The notes beneath the pieces are model-generated. The model was given only the letters and a program-made list of their open reading frames with translations, was not told the DNA's origin and searched no databases. Source: Poseidonia sp. (GTDB taxonomy: Archaea; Thermoplasmatota; Poseidoniia; Poseidoniales; Poseidoniaceae). Taken from it: a stretch of DNA of 64,000 nt. Numbering within the stretch: the first letter of the stretch is position 1; the number at the start of each line of letters is the position of its first letter. The position numbers and the translations under genes were made by a program. The DNA lies in NCBI GenBank assembly GCA_965661285.1, contig CBFIDD010000001.1:276753-340752 (forward strand). Direction: 5' to 3'. Shown piece by piece: positions 28,776 through 38,884 of the stretch.

Positions 28776-31700
28776 TCACTGGTTGTTGACCCAGTCTTGC
28801 AGCGACTCAACGGTCCACCCTTGGTCAAAGTAACCCTGGATTTCCTCCTGCGTCCACTGCGGGAAGGTTTGCATGGCGCGGGCCATTTCCGGATGAACAT
28901 CAGCAGGAATCTCTGCGAGGACCTTGCTCTCCGTGTATCCGACATCGTCGTCATCTTCGTATTCATACTCGTCATCGAGCATGGACGCACCGCCACCACG
29001 GCGGGCAAGCACGAGAACAAGCGTGCCGAGGACACCGATAACGACCACGAGAAGCACCACGATGAGCAACATGTTGCCCGAGTCTTCCTCGGCCTGAACC
29101 TTAACGTTGAACACGTCCGCCCATTGGGGTTGCGAACCATCGTAGATGTTCTCGCTGGTACCGTTGAGGCTGATGGTGTAGTACATGCCCGTGGTCTGGG
29201 TGGCGAATGGTGCGAGGGTCACTTCGACCCAATCACTCACTTCCTGGATGCCCAGTTCGGGCGTTGCGACCGTGTCTTCCACAACAGGCGTTCCACCGTC
29301 GGTGACCGACTTGATGACCAACTCGGCAACGCCGGCCATCGAACCGGTGTTCTTGACCTTGATTCGCAGTTTCATGCTCTCGCCAACTCGCGGGTCTTCG
29401 CTGAGAAGAACGTCTTGAATCTCAAATGTCGCCTTTTCTTCGATGAAGGTGTACTGTGACTCATGCTGGGCTTGTGCCGTCGAGATGATAGGAAGGATGG
29501 ACCCGCCCTCTTGAGGTCCTCCACCGAATCGAACGGTCGAACCGGCAGAGTCAGCGCCGGACACCCAGAACACGAGCGTGGGCTGCTGCGTTTCGTCCAC
29601 TTCGGCATCGAACACACGTGGTTCACTGTCGGAGAGCGGCCAAAGGTCCAAGCAGGTGGCCGTTGCGAGATAGCCGCCGTCCAAGGTGCTGAGCGAGAGG
29701 GTTTCGGAAGAGGGTTCGAATCCGAAATACTCGGCGTATTCGGACCATGGCGTGTAGTCGATGGTGTTGCTGTAGAACATCCAGTTGACCTGGAGGTCGC
29801 CGGGGAAGATGGCTTCCTGCTCTTTGATTTGCAATTGAATGTCCACGCAGTGGTAGTTGGCGGTTGACAACGTGTTGGCGATGATGCGGCCATCTGCACC
29901 TGCTGGCAGGGCTCCCTTCTCAGCAAGCCATGTGTTGGACAACACTTCCGGAGGCGTTCGGTCGACCTTCAACGTGAACTCGCCGCATCCATAGGAGGTC
30001 GAGGTAGCACAAAGCGAAGATGTGACATCCACTGCACCGTTTGGCAGACTGTAATCTTCTTCAGCATCACATGAATCAGCTTCATCGCTTGGCGGACACA
30101 ACCTGTAGGTGTACTGATATTCATTGGTGAACACAGGGGCCGTTATGTTGATGTCGAAAACACCGCCTGAGAAGGTGTGGTAAATGGTCTCACCGGGATA
30201 CTGGATGTAGCCCTTGCTGCTGTCATCCAAGGCGTCAAGGCGAATGATTTCCATGGTCATTTCAATTTCTGGGTTGATGTAGACGCTGTTGTAGATTCCA
30301 TCTCGGAATGCATACTGACCAGTGAATCGAATTGTATCTCCTGCGTAGACGAATCCTTGCCGGACATCGCTGGTGAACGGTTCACTCGCGTCTTCAAACA
30401 TCGGCGTAACCATGAGGTTGTTGACCTCGTCCGTTCTGAAATCAAGTTGCATGATATCGGCATAACGCCAAATTTGGATGTAGCGTCCCGGCACACCAGA
30501 AAGCATCGTGTAGAGCGGGTTGTCAAGGTCCTGCATCTGCAATTTGGGTTCGATGTCCTTGCCGTCCATACCGACAATCCCCCAATCGATGCGAATAGGG
30601 ATGTTGAGGATGAAGTCCGACTCAAACGGGTCGATGAGGGCCGTGCCGTCCATGGTGAGCATGGTTGGACCCACATCACCGTCGTAAACAATGTCCATGT
30701 GTGGGCTGTCTGTCCAGGCCGTCTGATTTCGTGGTGAGTACCAAATCGTCATGTCGTCTGCTGTTTTATCGAGGTTAAGCTGGAAGAAATCTACGTCTCG
30801 CCAACCGTTGTCATCGCTGGCCTCCAAAATCAGGTGGTAGACGTTTCCGGCATACATGGTCTGGTTCCACGTTCCGTCCCATCGCAATTCGTTGGCGTTC
30901 AGGAACGGATTGCCTTTCGAATCCTCGATGAAGAAGTTGCGAATCACCGGATTCTTTGACGACATGGATACATACGAGACTCGGTCGTTGTCAAATCCGG
31001 GTCCACCACCGTCGATGGTGTTCCCTGCGAGATCGTAGCCTTCAATCCAAATTGAGACCTTGCCTTCGAGTCCTTCGTTTGCAATGTCGTTGTATTGACC
31101 GGTGTAGTTGGCCGTTGGTACCTCGCCATCGCCGTTCAACGTGATGATGGTGTATTCATTCGCATCGGGGAGACCGTCGCCGTTAGCGTCGTGGTCGTTT
31201 TCAACCCAAAGGTGCATGTCCAAGGTTGCGGGTGGGTTTGGTATGTCCTGACTGGACATTCGAATTTGTTGCGCACTGTTTGGCACGACCCATGTATCAT
31301 CGAGAAGAGTTCTCCAGTTTGAATCAACATTGGGGTCCGTCCCCGCACTCAACACCTGGAGGTCAAGGAGGTTGGGCTCGTAGGTATCGATCATGACGTC
31401 AAAGGGGATGGCACACGTCTCGTCAGGGTTGTAAATTGAGGGCGGGCAGAGCAAATCACCGTCTTCATAACCTCGAAGGGCAAATCGGTAGGTCTCGCTA
31501 CCAGCTGCGGTACCAAGGTCGACATTCCAGTTGAAATTGCCACCAATCACACCCGAGCGATTCGCCACCTCTTCCCATTCCACTGTGATGTTGCCGTCGG
31601 TGGTGTTGACATGCTTCAGCTCGAGAACGAGGAAGTAGGAGGTAGGGTCGGGAGAAACGGTGAGGTCTTCAAGCCGAATTTCACCGACGAGGTTGATTTG

Positions 31701-34700
31701 TCTTCCAGATTGGGCACCTGTCAGGGCTTGAGGCTGACCAATGCCGTTTTGCAGTTCAAAACTGGTGATACCCGCATCGTTCTCGACAGCGTTGCCCACC
31801 AAGGGGTCCAACAGGGCCGCATCGGGCAGGCCGTTAACACCGTTGGTTGCGGTGAGGCCGGCGTAGAGGCGAACGGCAGAGGTATCGTCCCAAGAGGGGT
31901 TGACCCTGAAGTGCCAGGTGATTTCCTTCCCGTTGGTGATGTCAACCGCAGAGGATGTCGCTTCAAGTTGTACGTGGTCGAGATCATCCATTTCAGAGAA
32001 TCGGGTGAAATCGTTCCATTCAAATCCGAGGGAATTTGCTCCGTATTCAAACATCAACGAGGCCCCGGAAAGCGCAGCACCCGTCAGTGGATCAACGGTG
32101 TGGGTGGTCACGATCTCGTAGATTTCTCCGTTTGGATAAAGGCCGTTCGGATTATCGGTGATCGTCAGTGAATTGTCATATCCCGTGCTTGAGGAAATGC
32201 TCAGGTCGCTGAGAGCGATGCCACCACCGGAACTTGTGGACACAGCGATGGGTACCTCGGCTGTTGCTCCACCGGTCCACAACGCAACGCCCTGATTGAG
32301 TTCGATGTCAAAACCATCGGCCTCGTTGAGCACCGTTTCGTAATCGTAAACAATATCCAGGTCAACAAGGTTGAGCGAAGTACCCGATGACGCGTTGGGT
32401 GAATCGACCATAAAGCGGAACATCACCCAGTTGCGGCCAAATTCATCTTGATGGTTACCGGCCACCGAGGGGTTGTTGAGCAACGAATTGATCGCACCTA
32501 TGAAGTCCATTTGAGGGCTCAGAATTTCCTGTGTGATGGTGGTGCTGTTTGGCATATCACCCAACACAACGGACTGAGAGCCGGTCATCAATTTCAGTTC
32601 AAAACCTTCTTCCGCATCAGAATTGGAATTGATGGAAACCTGGTCCATTCCAAAATCAGCAGCCGTTACCTCTGCTCCCTCCGGCAAGAGGAAGAAACCG
32701 CCCGTGGCTTGACCGTTGACGCCGAGGGTAAGGGTCGCCTCATCGGCGGCGAGGTTTACACCGTCAACCGTCCCCGCCACGAAGGTGGTTTGTCGGCCGA
32801 ACATGTCAAACGCAGGCTCGGCCAAACCAAACTCAACATCCCCGTCGTTTGCAACATCGATCATCAAATCCTTAGCGTGGTGGGCAAATTCCAAATCAAA
32901 CCAGATTCCTGCGACATCGCAAGGATTCTGGTAGGACGTAAGGGAGTAAAATCCGAGGATGGGGTCGTCAAGGACCTTCTTGACGCCGTCTTGAACCGTG
33001 ATGGGGCTGGATGAGCCGGTTGGCACGATTTCAATATCGGGCGATTCACTGCACGAATCTTCGATCATCGGCGTAATGGAGGTGATCGGATGACTGAACT
33101 TGCTACGCTCCAACGTGGAAGCGTAGGCCTGTTGCTCAACCAGCGGAACGTAAAACATGGGCTCGCCTCCACCCATGGTCTGCCAAACGCCGTTGGAGAT
33201 CTGTGGGGAACCCGGCATGGTCGCGTTGAACCCGGTCCCCACCCGGGTTCCGATACTGTAGCCGTGGAACACTGGAGAAGTCAAACGCTCGGGGCCGGAA
33301 TCGAAATTGAATCTGAATTTGACATTGGGGTAGTCCGATGAATCGATCTCCCAAAGTTCGATGATGTCGCCCGAAAGCCCGGACATGACCGTTCCGTCTT
33401 TGCCCACAACGAGGTTGTCATTCGCATCGAGAACATCCACGGTCAGCGTTGCGGAAGCCGTTGTTTCTGCTTCCATGGTCAGCACACCATACCCGTTGGG
33501 GTGGTTCAGGCCACCGGCGGCCGATGGCAGCATACCGCGGACCGTCATGCTTCCGTTTTGGGGAAGAAGTTCTCCCAATCTGAAGTTGTCGACATACCAG
33601 CCGGACATGTTGTCATCAACGTTCAGTGCCGTGGAGGCTGTGTGGTCCATCACAAACCGGATTTGGACGTAGTCCCCGATGTATTGGTCCAAGTTGACCG
33701 CAATGTTGGCCCAGCCGGACGGGTTCTGTGCGGTCGTGGAGGAACCGGCGATTCCCCAACCCCACTGACTGCTGCTCAACTGCAGCCCATCGCATTGACG
33801 ATTGATACGATTGTCTTGGTTCCAAGTGGAGCCTGTGCCCTGGGCGTAATTTTTCCCGAAGACAAGCCCCGTACTGTTTTGTTGGTCAATGGGCAGATAG
33901 TTGAATCCACTGGTGTCGGGTGGGAAGGATCCCGGGACAGGGGAGGAACGGATTTGGAGATAGCCGCAATCCCTGAAAATGAGCGAGTTTTGAGCAGAGC
34001 CCGTTGAGGTCTCCAGATTCCACCACGAGTCGAAATACGCCGTGCTGCTCTTGAGGAGCGGATCGACATGGAGTTCGGCTGTCGTCATTCCAAGCGTATA
34101 AGGGTCATAGGTCGGGGGCGTGTTTCCATCGGGGTTGTCGTCCGTGTAGTTGGTGTCGGCGATGTTGGTGCCCCAACATTCCATGCCCGAAGCACAGCCA
34201 CCCGGCACATCGTTTGGCCCAAGGAAGCCGTGCTCCCAGCCAGGACCGGTGGAGGGCATCTCTGCGGAGTCGGTTGAATCCGAGAATCCTCCATTGGTCC
34301 CCTCAAAGTCTGTTAGGAAACCTTCCGAAACCAACGATACAGGTGTCGCTTGGCTACCGTCATCGTAAGTGAAGAGTGCCTCGTCCGAGAATTCTGTCAA
34401 TTTGCTGTTGTAGTCGGGGTTCCACACGCGATAATTCCCGGACCCATCGAGGTCGGTTTGGGTATCAATTCGGGTTTGGTGGCCATGTTCGACGGCGTTG
34501 GTTTTGATTTTCACACTCGCAGAGGTGACCGTCTCGCCGTCCGGGAGGGCGACCGTACCGTCGACGATGTTTTCGAGCAAGGCGCCTTCGCGGATTTCAA
34601 CATCGGCCTCGGATGACCCGTCGGCAAAGGTGGTGACATTGGCCGAAGCCATCGGAGCAAGAAGCATCAGCAGCATGAGGAAAATTGGCGTAGCTTTACG

Positions 34701-34718
34701 GTGTGATTTGTTTGACAT
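28776..34718 (-). CDS. Very large (~1980 aa) secreted surface protein with C-terminal TM and short cytoplasmic domain
   Basis: Signal peptide after MSNKSHRK; acidic, beta-rich body; 'YVQIRF...SGWYVDNF' jelly-roll-like motif; CARDB-like VKNTGS; TM; tail QWTQEEIQGYFDQGWTVESL. Confidence 0.85.
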   Translation of the reverse strand: MSNKSHRKATPIFLMLLMLLAPMASANVTTFADGSSEADVEIREGALLENIVDGTVALPDGETVTSASVKIKTNAVEHGHQTRIDTQTDLDGSGNYRVWNPDYNSKLTEFSDEALFTYDDGSQATPVSLVSEGFLTDFEGTNGGFSDSTDSAEMPSTGPGWEHGFLGPNDVPGGCASGMECWGTNIADTNYTDDNPDGNTPPTYDPYTLGMTTAELHVDPLLKSSTAYFDSWWNLETSTGSAQNSLIFRDCGYLQIRSSPVPGSFPPDTSGFNYLPIDQQNSTGLVFGKNYAQGTGSTWNQDNRINRQCDGLQLSSSQWGWGIAGSSTTAQNPSGWANIAVNLDQYIGDYVQIRFVMDHTASTALNVDDNMSGWYVDNFRLGELLPQNGSMTVRGMLPSAAGGLNHPNGYGVLTMEAETTASATLTVDVLDANDNLVVGKDGTVMSGLSGDIIELWEIDSSDYPNVKFRFNFDSGPERLTSPVFHGYSIGTRVGTGFNATMPGSPQISNGVWQTMGGGEPMFYVPLVEQQAYASTLERSKFSHPITSITPMIEDSCSESPDIEIVPTGSSSPITVQDGVKKVLDDPILGFYSLTSYQNPCDVAGIWFDLEFAHHAKDLMIDVANDGDVEFGLAEPAFDMFGRQTTFVAGTVDGVNLAADEATLTLGVNGQATGGFFLLPEGAEVTAADFGMDQVSINSNSDAEEGFELKLMTGSQSVVLGDMPNSTTITQEILSPQMDFIGAINSLLNNPSVAGNHQDEFGRNWVMFRFMVDSPNASSGTSLNLVDLDIVYDYETVLNEADGFDIELNQGVALWTGGATAEVPIAVSTSSGGGIALSDLSISSSTGYDNSLTITDNPNGLYPNGEIYEIVTTHTVDPLTGAALSGASLMFEYGANSLGFEWNDFTRFSEMDDLDHVQLEATSSAVDITNGKEITWHFRVNPSWDDTSAVRLYAGLTATNGVNGLPDAALLDPLVGNAVENDAGITSFELQNGIGQPQALTGAQSGRQINLVGEIRLEDLTVSPDPTSYFLVLELKHVNTTDGNITVEWEEVANRSGVIGGNFNWNVDLGTAAGSETYRFALRGYEDGDLLCPPSIYNPDETCAIPFDVMIDTYEPNLLDLQVLSAGTDPNVDSNWRTLLDDTWVVPNSAQQIRMSSQDIPNPPATLDMHLWVENDHDANGDGLPDANEYTIITLNGDGEVPTANYTGQYNDIANEGLEGKVSIWIEGYDLAGNTIDGGGPGFDNDRVSYVSMSSKNPVIRNFFIEDSKGNPFLNANELRWDGTWNQTMYAGNVYHLILEASDDNGWRDVDFFQLNLDKTADDMTIWYSPRNQTAWTDSPHMDIVYDGDVGPTMLTMDGTALIDPFESDFILNIPIRIDWGIVGMDGKDIEPKLQMQDLDNPLYTMLSGVPGRYIQIWRYADIMQLDFRTDEVNNLMVTPMFEDASEPFTSDVRQGFVYAGDTIRFTGQYAFRDGIYNSVYINPEIEMTMEIIRLDALDDSSKGYIQYPGETIYHTFSGGVFDINITAPVFTNEYQYTYRLCPPSDEADSCDAEEDYSLPNGAVDVTSSLCATSTSYGCGEFTLKVDRTPPEVLSNTWLAEKGALPAGADGRIIANTLSTANYHCVDIQLQIKEQEAIFPGDLQVNWMFYSNTIDYTPWSEYAEYFGFEPSSETLSLSTLDGGYLATATCLDLWPLSDSEPRVFDAEVDETQQPTLVFWVSGADSAGSTVRFGGGPQEGGSILPIISTAQAQHESQYTFIEEKATFEIQDVLLSEDPRVGESMKLRIKVKNTGSMAGVAELVIKSVTDGGTPVVEDTVATPELGIQEVSDWVEVTLAPFATQTTGMYYTISLNGTSENIYDGSQPQWADVFNVKVQAEEDSGNMLLIVVLLVVVIGVLGTLVLVLARRGGGASMLDDEYEYEDDDDVGYTESKVLAEIPADVHPEMARAMQTFPQWTQEEIQGYFDQGWTVESLQDWVNNQ

Positions 34719-34849
34719 GGTGTCACCTGCACCTGTGCGAAGGTTTGCCCCCATAAAATCTCGTCGCTTTCCCGATACCGTACCGTATTCCTCTTCCTTT
34801 GCTTACTGTTGTGAACATGAGTTATGAGGGTGGACCTTGTGGAACGAGC

Positions 34850-35320
34850 ATGGAGCCGTATTCCACCGAACCCGTGACCCTTATCGAGGAGGTGTTTCCA
34901 CAAGACACGAACGCCTACAACACCCTGTTCGGCGGCCGCCTTCTGTCCCTGATGGACAAGGCTGGCGGCATCGCATGCGCCAAATTCGCCCATCGCGAAT
35001 TTGTCACGATTTCCATCGACACGCTGACCTTCATCGCCCCTGCACGGCAGGGCGATCTTCTCGAGGTTTCAGGGCAAGTGGTGTTCACCAGCAGCCATAC
35101 GGCGTGCACCAAAGTCACGGCCTACACCATGAGCAAGGCAACGTGGGAAAAGAGCATCATTTGCGAAGGATACTTCTTTTTCGTGGCCATTGACTCCATG
35201 ATGCGCCCCATCCCTGTTCCCCAGTTCACGCCACAATCCGAAGAAGAAAAAGCGGAATGGACCAAGGCGAAAGCCATTCGGGACAACATGTTGGCGCAAA
35301 AGGCCAAGCGGGACGCTTGA
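34850..35320 (+). CDS. Acyl-CoA thioesterase (hotdog fold, YciA-like)
   Basis: P.DTN..NTLFGG.LL..MD.AG, F.APA..GD, FVAID motifs. Confidence 0.9.
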   Translation: MEPYSTEPVTLIEEVFPQDTNAYNTLFGGRLLSLMDKAGGIACAKFAHREFVTISIDTLTFIAPARQGDLLEVSGQVVFTSSHTACTKVTAYTMSKATWEKSIICEGYFFFVAIDSMMRPIPVPQFTPQSEEEKAEWTKAKAIRDNMLAQKAKRDA

Positions 35321-35360
35321 CCACCCATTGCTTCTTCAAGCGCAGCCAACTCGCCGGAGC

Positions 35361-36386
35361 ATGGTCGTGTTGAACGTCGCCGTCATCGCCTCAGATGAAC
35401 TTGCTCGAAGCATCGCTAAACCCGCCGACCAGCGAGACGTCCACACCTATGTCCACAAAGAAAACGGCCCGGATGGGGCACGTATTCTCTCGCTCATACG
35501 ACCGGCAAAGTTCCCCGAACGCCTGCCGCCGTTTCTCAATGCCCTCTCAACCTCCCATGCGGGAATTCTTGAAATCAGCGCTGTTGATGCCACCCTCGGT
35601 GAGGCACTGGTGGCCTTCGCAAGCGCTGGAATTCATCACGGTCTTGCGGTCATCAACCCCGGTGAGGGCGGCTGGGTTGACGAAGACCAAGTGAAGATGC
35701 TGTTCAAACAGGCCGGCTTGGCGTCGTGGACCTTTGAGGCCAACGATGGCATCCACCTCCGGGAACGCATGTACGATCTGATGGACGACATCAAAAACGT
35801 GCTCGAAGCCAACGCTAACGCTCCGTTGGTGCTTCCCGTCGATCAGTACTTCAACGTGAAAGGCATTGGATTGGTCGCCATCGGCTATGTCCAATCCGGA
35901 CGCGTCAACGTGCACGACGAGGTGTTGCTCCTCCCCGCAAACGGAACGGGCAGCGCCAAATCCCTCCAGGTCATGGACGACGATGTCGAGGTCGCCACCG
36001 CCGGCGACCGTGTTGGTCTTGCACTACGAAACGCCAAGGAGGAGCATCTAACGGGCAACACCATCATCGTTCATCCCCCCGTGGAGGACAAGCGAGCCGA
36101 TGTGTTCACGCCGATGGCCCTTGACCAACATCAGCGGTCCACCGTTGAGCTGACCACATCACCTTTCCAAAAGCGTGTCCTGGCCGAGGGTGATGTCATC
36201 CACGCCAGCGTCGACCTCCAATTTGTTGTTGGACGGATTCAACGGGTTGAAGGAAACACACTGACCGTAGCGTGGGACCACCCCCTCTTCATCAGAAAAG
36301 ACGACCCGCCGGCCGTGCTCATCGCCCAGTTGGATTCCAAACCACGCATCATGGGTTCGGCCGTGGTCACCGCCGACAACCCCTGA
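35361..36386 (+). CDS. SelB-like/EF-Tu domain II protein with degenerate G-domain
   Basis: VDQYFNVKGIG.V..G.V..G, AGDRVGLAL; no P-loop in the N-terminal part. Confidence 0.8.
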   Translation: MVVLNVAVIASDELARSIAKPADQRDVHTYVHKENGPDGARILSLIRPAKFPERLPPFLNALSTSHAGILEISAVDATLGEALVAFASAGIHHGLAVINPGEGGWVDEDQVKMLFKQAGLASWTFEANDGIHLRERMYDLMDDIKNVLEANANAPLVLPVDQYFNVKGIGLVAIGYVQSGRVNVHDEVLLLPANGTGSAKSLQVMDDDVEVATAGDRVGLALRNAKEEHLTGNTIIVHPPVEDKRADVFTPMALDQHQRSTVELTTSPFQKRVLAEGDVIHASVDLQFVVGRIQRVEGNTLTVAWDHPLFIRKDDPPAVLIAQLDSKPRIMGSAVVTADNP

Positions 36387-36476
36387 CGGCGCGGAAAACA
36401 ATCCGCTGTTTTGGACGGGGCCCCTCGTCGCTCGTGCGGTGGGTTGATAACCCCACACATCTCGCTCGGAGCCGGG

Positions 36477-37949
36477 ATGCGCGAGATTGGGCAGGGGACT
36501 GTACCAACCGGCGAGATGGAAAAGGAAACCTTCCTTTCTCTTCGGTTGGCAGAGCCTTCAGAACGGGTCAATATCACCCTGGATGAGCGCATGCTGAGCA
36601 TTGAAGGGAAGCGGAGTGCCACGGTCGACCTGCGCCTCAGTGCCATCACCACCATGCGACATCACTCGTCAAATTTGGTGCCAACGTGGCTCATATTATT
36701 GGGCATGGCCTTTGTGTGGATAGGCTATCGTGTCTTGGTGCCAACGATCTACAGAATGATCTTCATCGGTATGGGCGCTGGATTCATCTCAGCACGCCTG
36801 TTGACAAAAAAACCTACGCTGACCATTCAAACCTCATCGGGCGACACCCACGTGCTCTACGGAAACGAACGGGAGTTGAATCGGTTGAGTTTCATGTTCA
36901 ATCATTTAGCCAACAACAAGAGCATGGCCGAGGTGCGAGCAAAACTTGCCGCCATTGAAGCTGAACTCGGCGGAGGATGGCGCGAGACAACCGTGCCCCC
37001 TGCCCCGGTGTTGCCGGGCTTGCTCGACGTGCCTCAAACCGTTGACCGGTTCTTGGCGGAAGGCGAGCCGAACGCTGTTCTTTCTGCAGAACCCGAACCC
37101 GAATGGGTGCCAACCCACGAACCTGCACCTCAGGCCAGCCCGCAAGTGGTTGGTTTCATCCCCAGTTTCCAGCCCGTCGTCTCTGCCCCGCAGTCTTCCC
37201 AATACCCACCCGACCACCGCCCATCACCCATCAACCGGCCTGTCCTTATCCCAGAACAGACCCCGCCCATGTACCAAATGACGGATCAGGAGGGCCGCCC
37301 GTTCTTACCCTCATTTTTCAGCCAAGATGCCGCCCACGTCCCGGGTTTGAATACCAGCGAATCACAAGAAGAGGAGGAGGAAGCCGAAGATTCGCTCGGC
37401 CTCGATGCTGAGTTGCTCGATGCCTTCGAGGCGAGCATTGTTCCTGAACCGGAGCCTGCCGAAGACCGGTCGGCACCGGCTCCCCGACGTGAATCATCTT
37501 TCAAGCCCAAAGACCGGCGAAAGGTTGAGCAAACGTCGTTCCGGCCACGCCGAACACAGCAACTTCGTCCGCGCGAGAGCCGAGGAAACGGTCTTTGGAG
37601 CCGTATTCGTGAAACATCGAACGACCTCATCAGGCGAGGCAGCGACGGTTCACGAAGCCGAGCCGTAGCAACGACGGAAACCTCTGGTGGCCTTCGAGCC
37701 CAGGCCGCTGCTTCAGCGGCGGAACTCAATGCCGCCCGCCTCCACGATTCACTCTCCGAGGAACGAGGCGGGGTCTTGGCAGCGGCGGAGGCAGAACGCC
37801 TCAATCAGCACGCTCAACGCCTTCTCACCACGGCGAATGAACTGGCGCAATCCGGAGAAGATGAGTTGGACGCCATCTCGTTTAGTGACCTTCGCTCAAC
37901 CACGGAAGACGACGAGAACGTGCATGTTCCGCGGCTGGACGATGACTGA
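36477..37949 (+). CDS. Hypothetical membrane protein with long Pro/Glu-rich disordered tail
   Basis: 2 TM helices then a low-complexity region; start uncertain (36477 or 36516). Confidence 0.7.
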   Translation: MREIGQGTVPTGEMEKETFLSLRLAEPSERVNITLDERMLSIEGKRSATVDLRLSAITTMRHHSSNLVPTWLILLGMAFVWIGYRVLVPTIYRMIFIGMGAGFISARLLTKKPTLTIQTSSGDTHVLYGNERELNRLSFMFNHLANNKSMAEVRAKLAAIEAELGGGWRETTVPPAPVLPGLLDVPQTVDRFLAEGEPNAVLSAEPEPEWVPTHEPAPQASPQVVGFIPSFQPVVSAPQSSQYPPDHRPSPINRPVLIPEQTPPMYQMTDQEGRPFLPSFFSQDAAHVPGLNTSESQEEEEEAEDSLGLDAELLDAFEASIVPEPEPAEDRSAPAPRRESSFKPKDRRKVEQTSFRPRRTQQLRPRESRGNGLWSRIRETSNDLIRRGSDGSRSRAVATTETSGGLRAQAAASAAELNAARLHDSLSEERGGVLAAAEAERLNQHAQRLLTTANELAQSGEDELDAISFSDLRSTTEDDENVHVPRLDDD

Positions 37950-38873
37950 TCAGTGCCCGAGCATGGAGCGATAGGCTTCAAGTCGATGGTCAAAAGCAGG
38001 GCCGCTGAGTTCCCGAAGCGCGGTTGTCCCGAACGCCTCAAGCGTGAAACTGGCCATCACGGTGGCCATCATCAAACCCTCACGCAGTTCATCCAGCGTC
38101 AACGCATCCGAACCGGAAGCGAAGTGAGCCGCCAAAGCGCCGGCGAACGTATCGCCACAACCGGTTGGGTCGACCACGTCTGCTGTGGGGAAAGCTGGAA
38201 GGGCGAGCACCGCGCCCTCGTGGAGGGCGAGCACGCCGTGTTCACCCCGCTTGACGATGAGGGTTGGTGTGTTCGTTTCTTTTGCAAGGACGTGCATGGC
38301 ACGCACGAGGTTTTCATCCTCTGTCAGCATTCGTGCTTCCCCGTCGTTGATGATGATGAGGTCAACGGACTGCATAACCTCGAGCAGCGCCGGCTTGGCG
38401 ATGGTGATCCACAGGTTCATCGAATCAAGCATGGTCAGCCTTTGCGCCGTTGTTTGCTCGAGAACGCTGTGCTGAAGAGCCGGATGGAGGTTGGCGCAGA
38501 ACACAACGCTGGGTTGCTCCCATCGCTTGGGAACGGCGGGTTGGAAATGTTCGAACACGTTGAGGTAGGTTGCACGGGTTTCTGCCTCGGCCATCGACCC
38601 CTGATAAGCACCTTCCCAACGGAATGTCTCGCCTTCCGCCGTTTCTACGCCCTCAAGGTCAAGACCGGCATCAGAAAGGAGTTGGCGATCCTTTTCGGCA
38701 AAATCCTCGCCGACCACACCCACAAGACCCGTGTCCATGCCCTTGCGATGGCGTTGAACGAAACGGCACGACAAACCGCCGTAGGTAGCAGAACCACCCA
38801 GGGCACGGTCGACCGAGCCTGCAGGGGACTGGACTGAATCGTAGGCGATGCTTCCAACAATGAGGACCGTCAT
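37950..38873 (-). CDS. PfkB/ribokinase family kinase
   Basis: GSIAYD, GGSA, VKRGEHG, DPTGCGDTFAG. Confidence 0.92.
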   Translation of the reverse strand: MTVLIVGSIAYDSVQSPAGSVDRALGGSATYGGLSCRFVQRHRKGMDTGLVGVVGEDFAEKDRQLLSDAGLDLEGVETAEGETFRWEGAYQGSMAEAETRATYLNVFEHFQPAVPKRWEQPSVVFCANLHPALQHSVLEQTTAQRLTMLDSMNLWITIAKPALLEVMQSVDLIIINDGEARMLTEDENLVRAMHVLAKETNTPTLIVKRGEHGVLALHEGAVLALPAFPTADVVDPTGCGDTFAGALAAHFASGSDALTLDELREGLMMATVMASFTLEAFGTTALRELSGPAFDHRLEAYRSMLGH

Positions 38874-38884
38874 GAAGGCTCACC

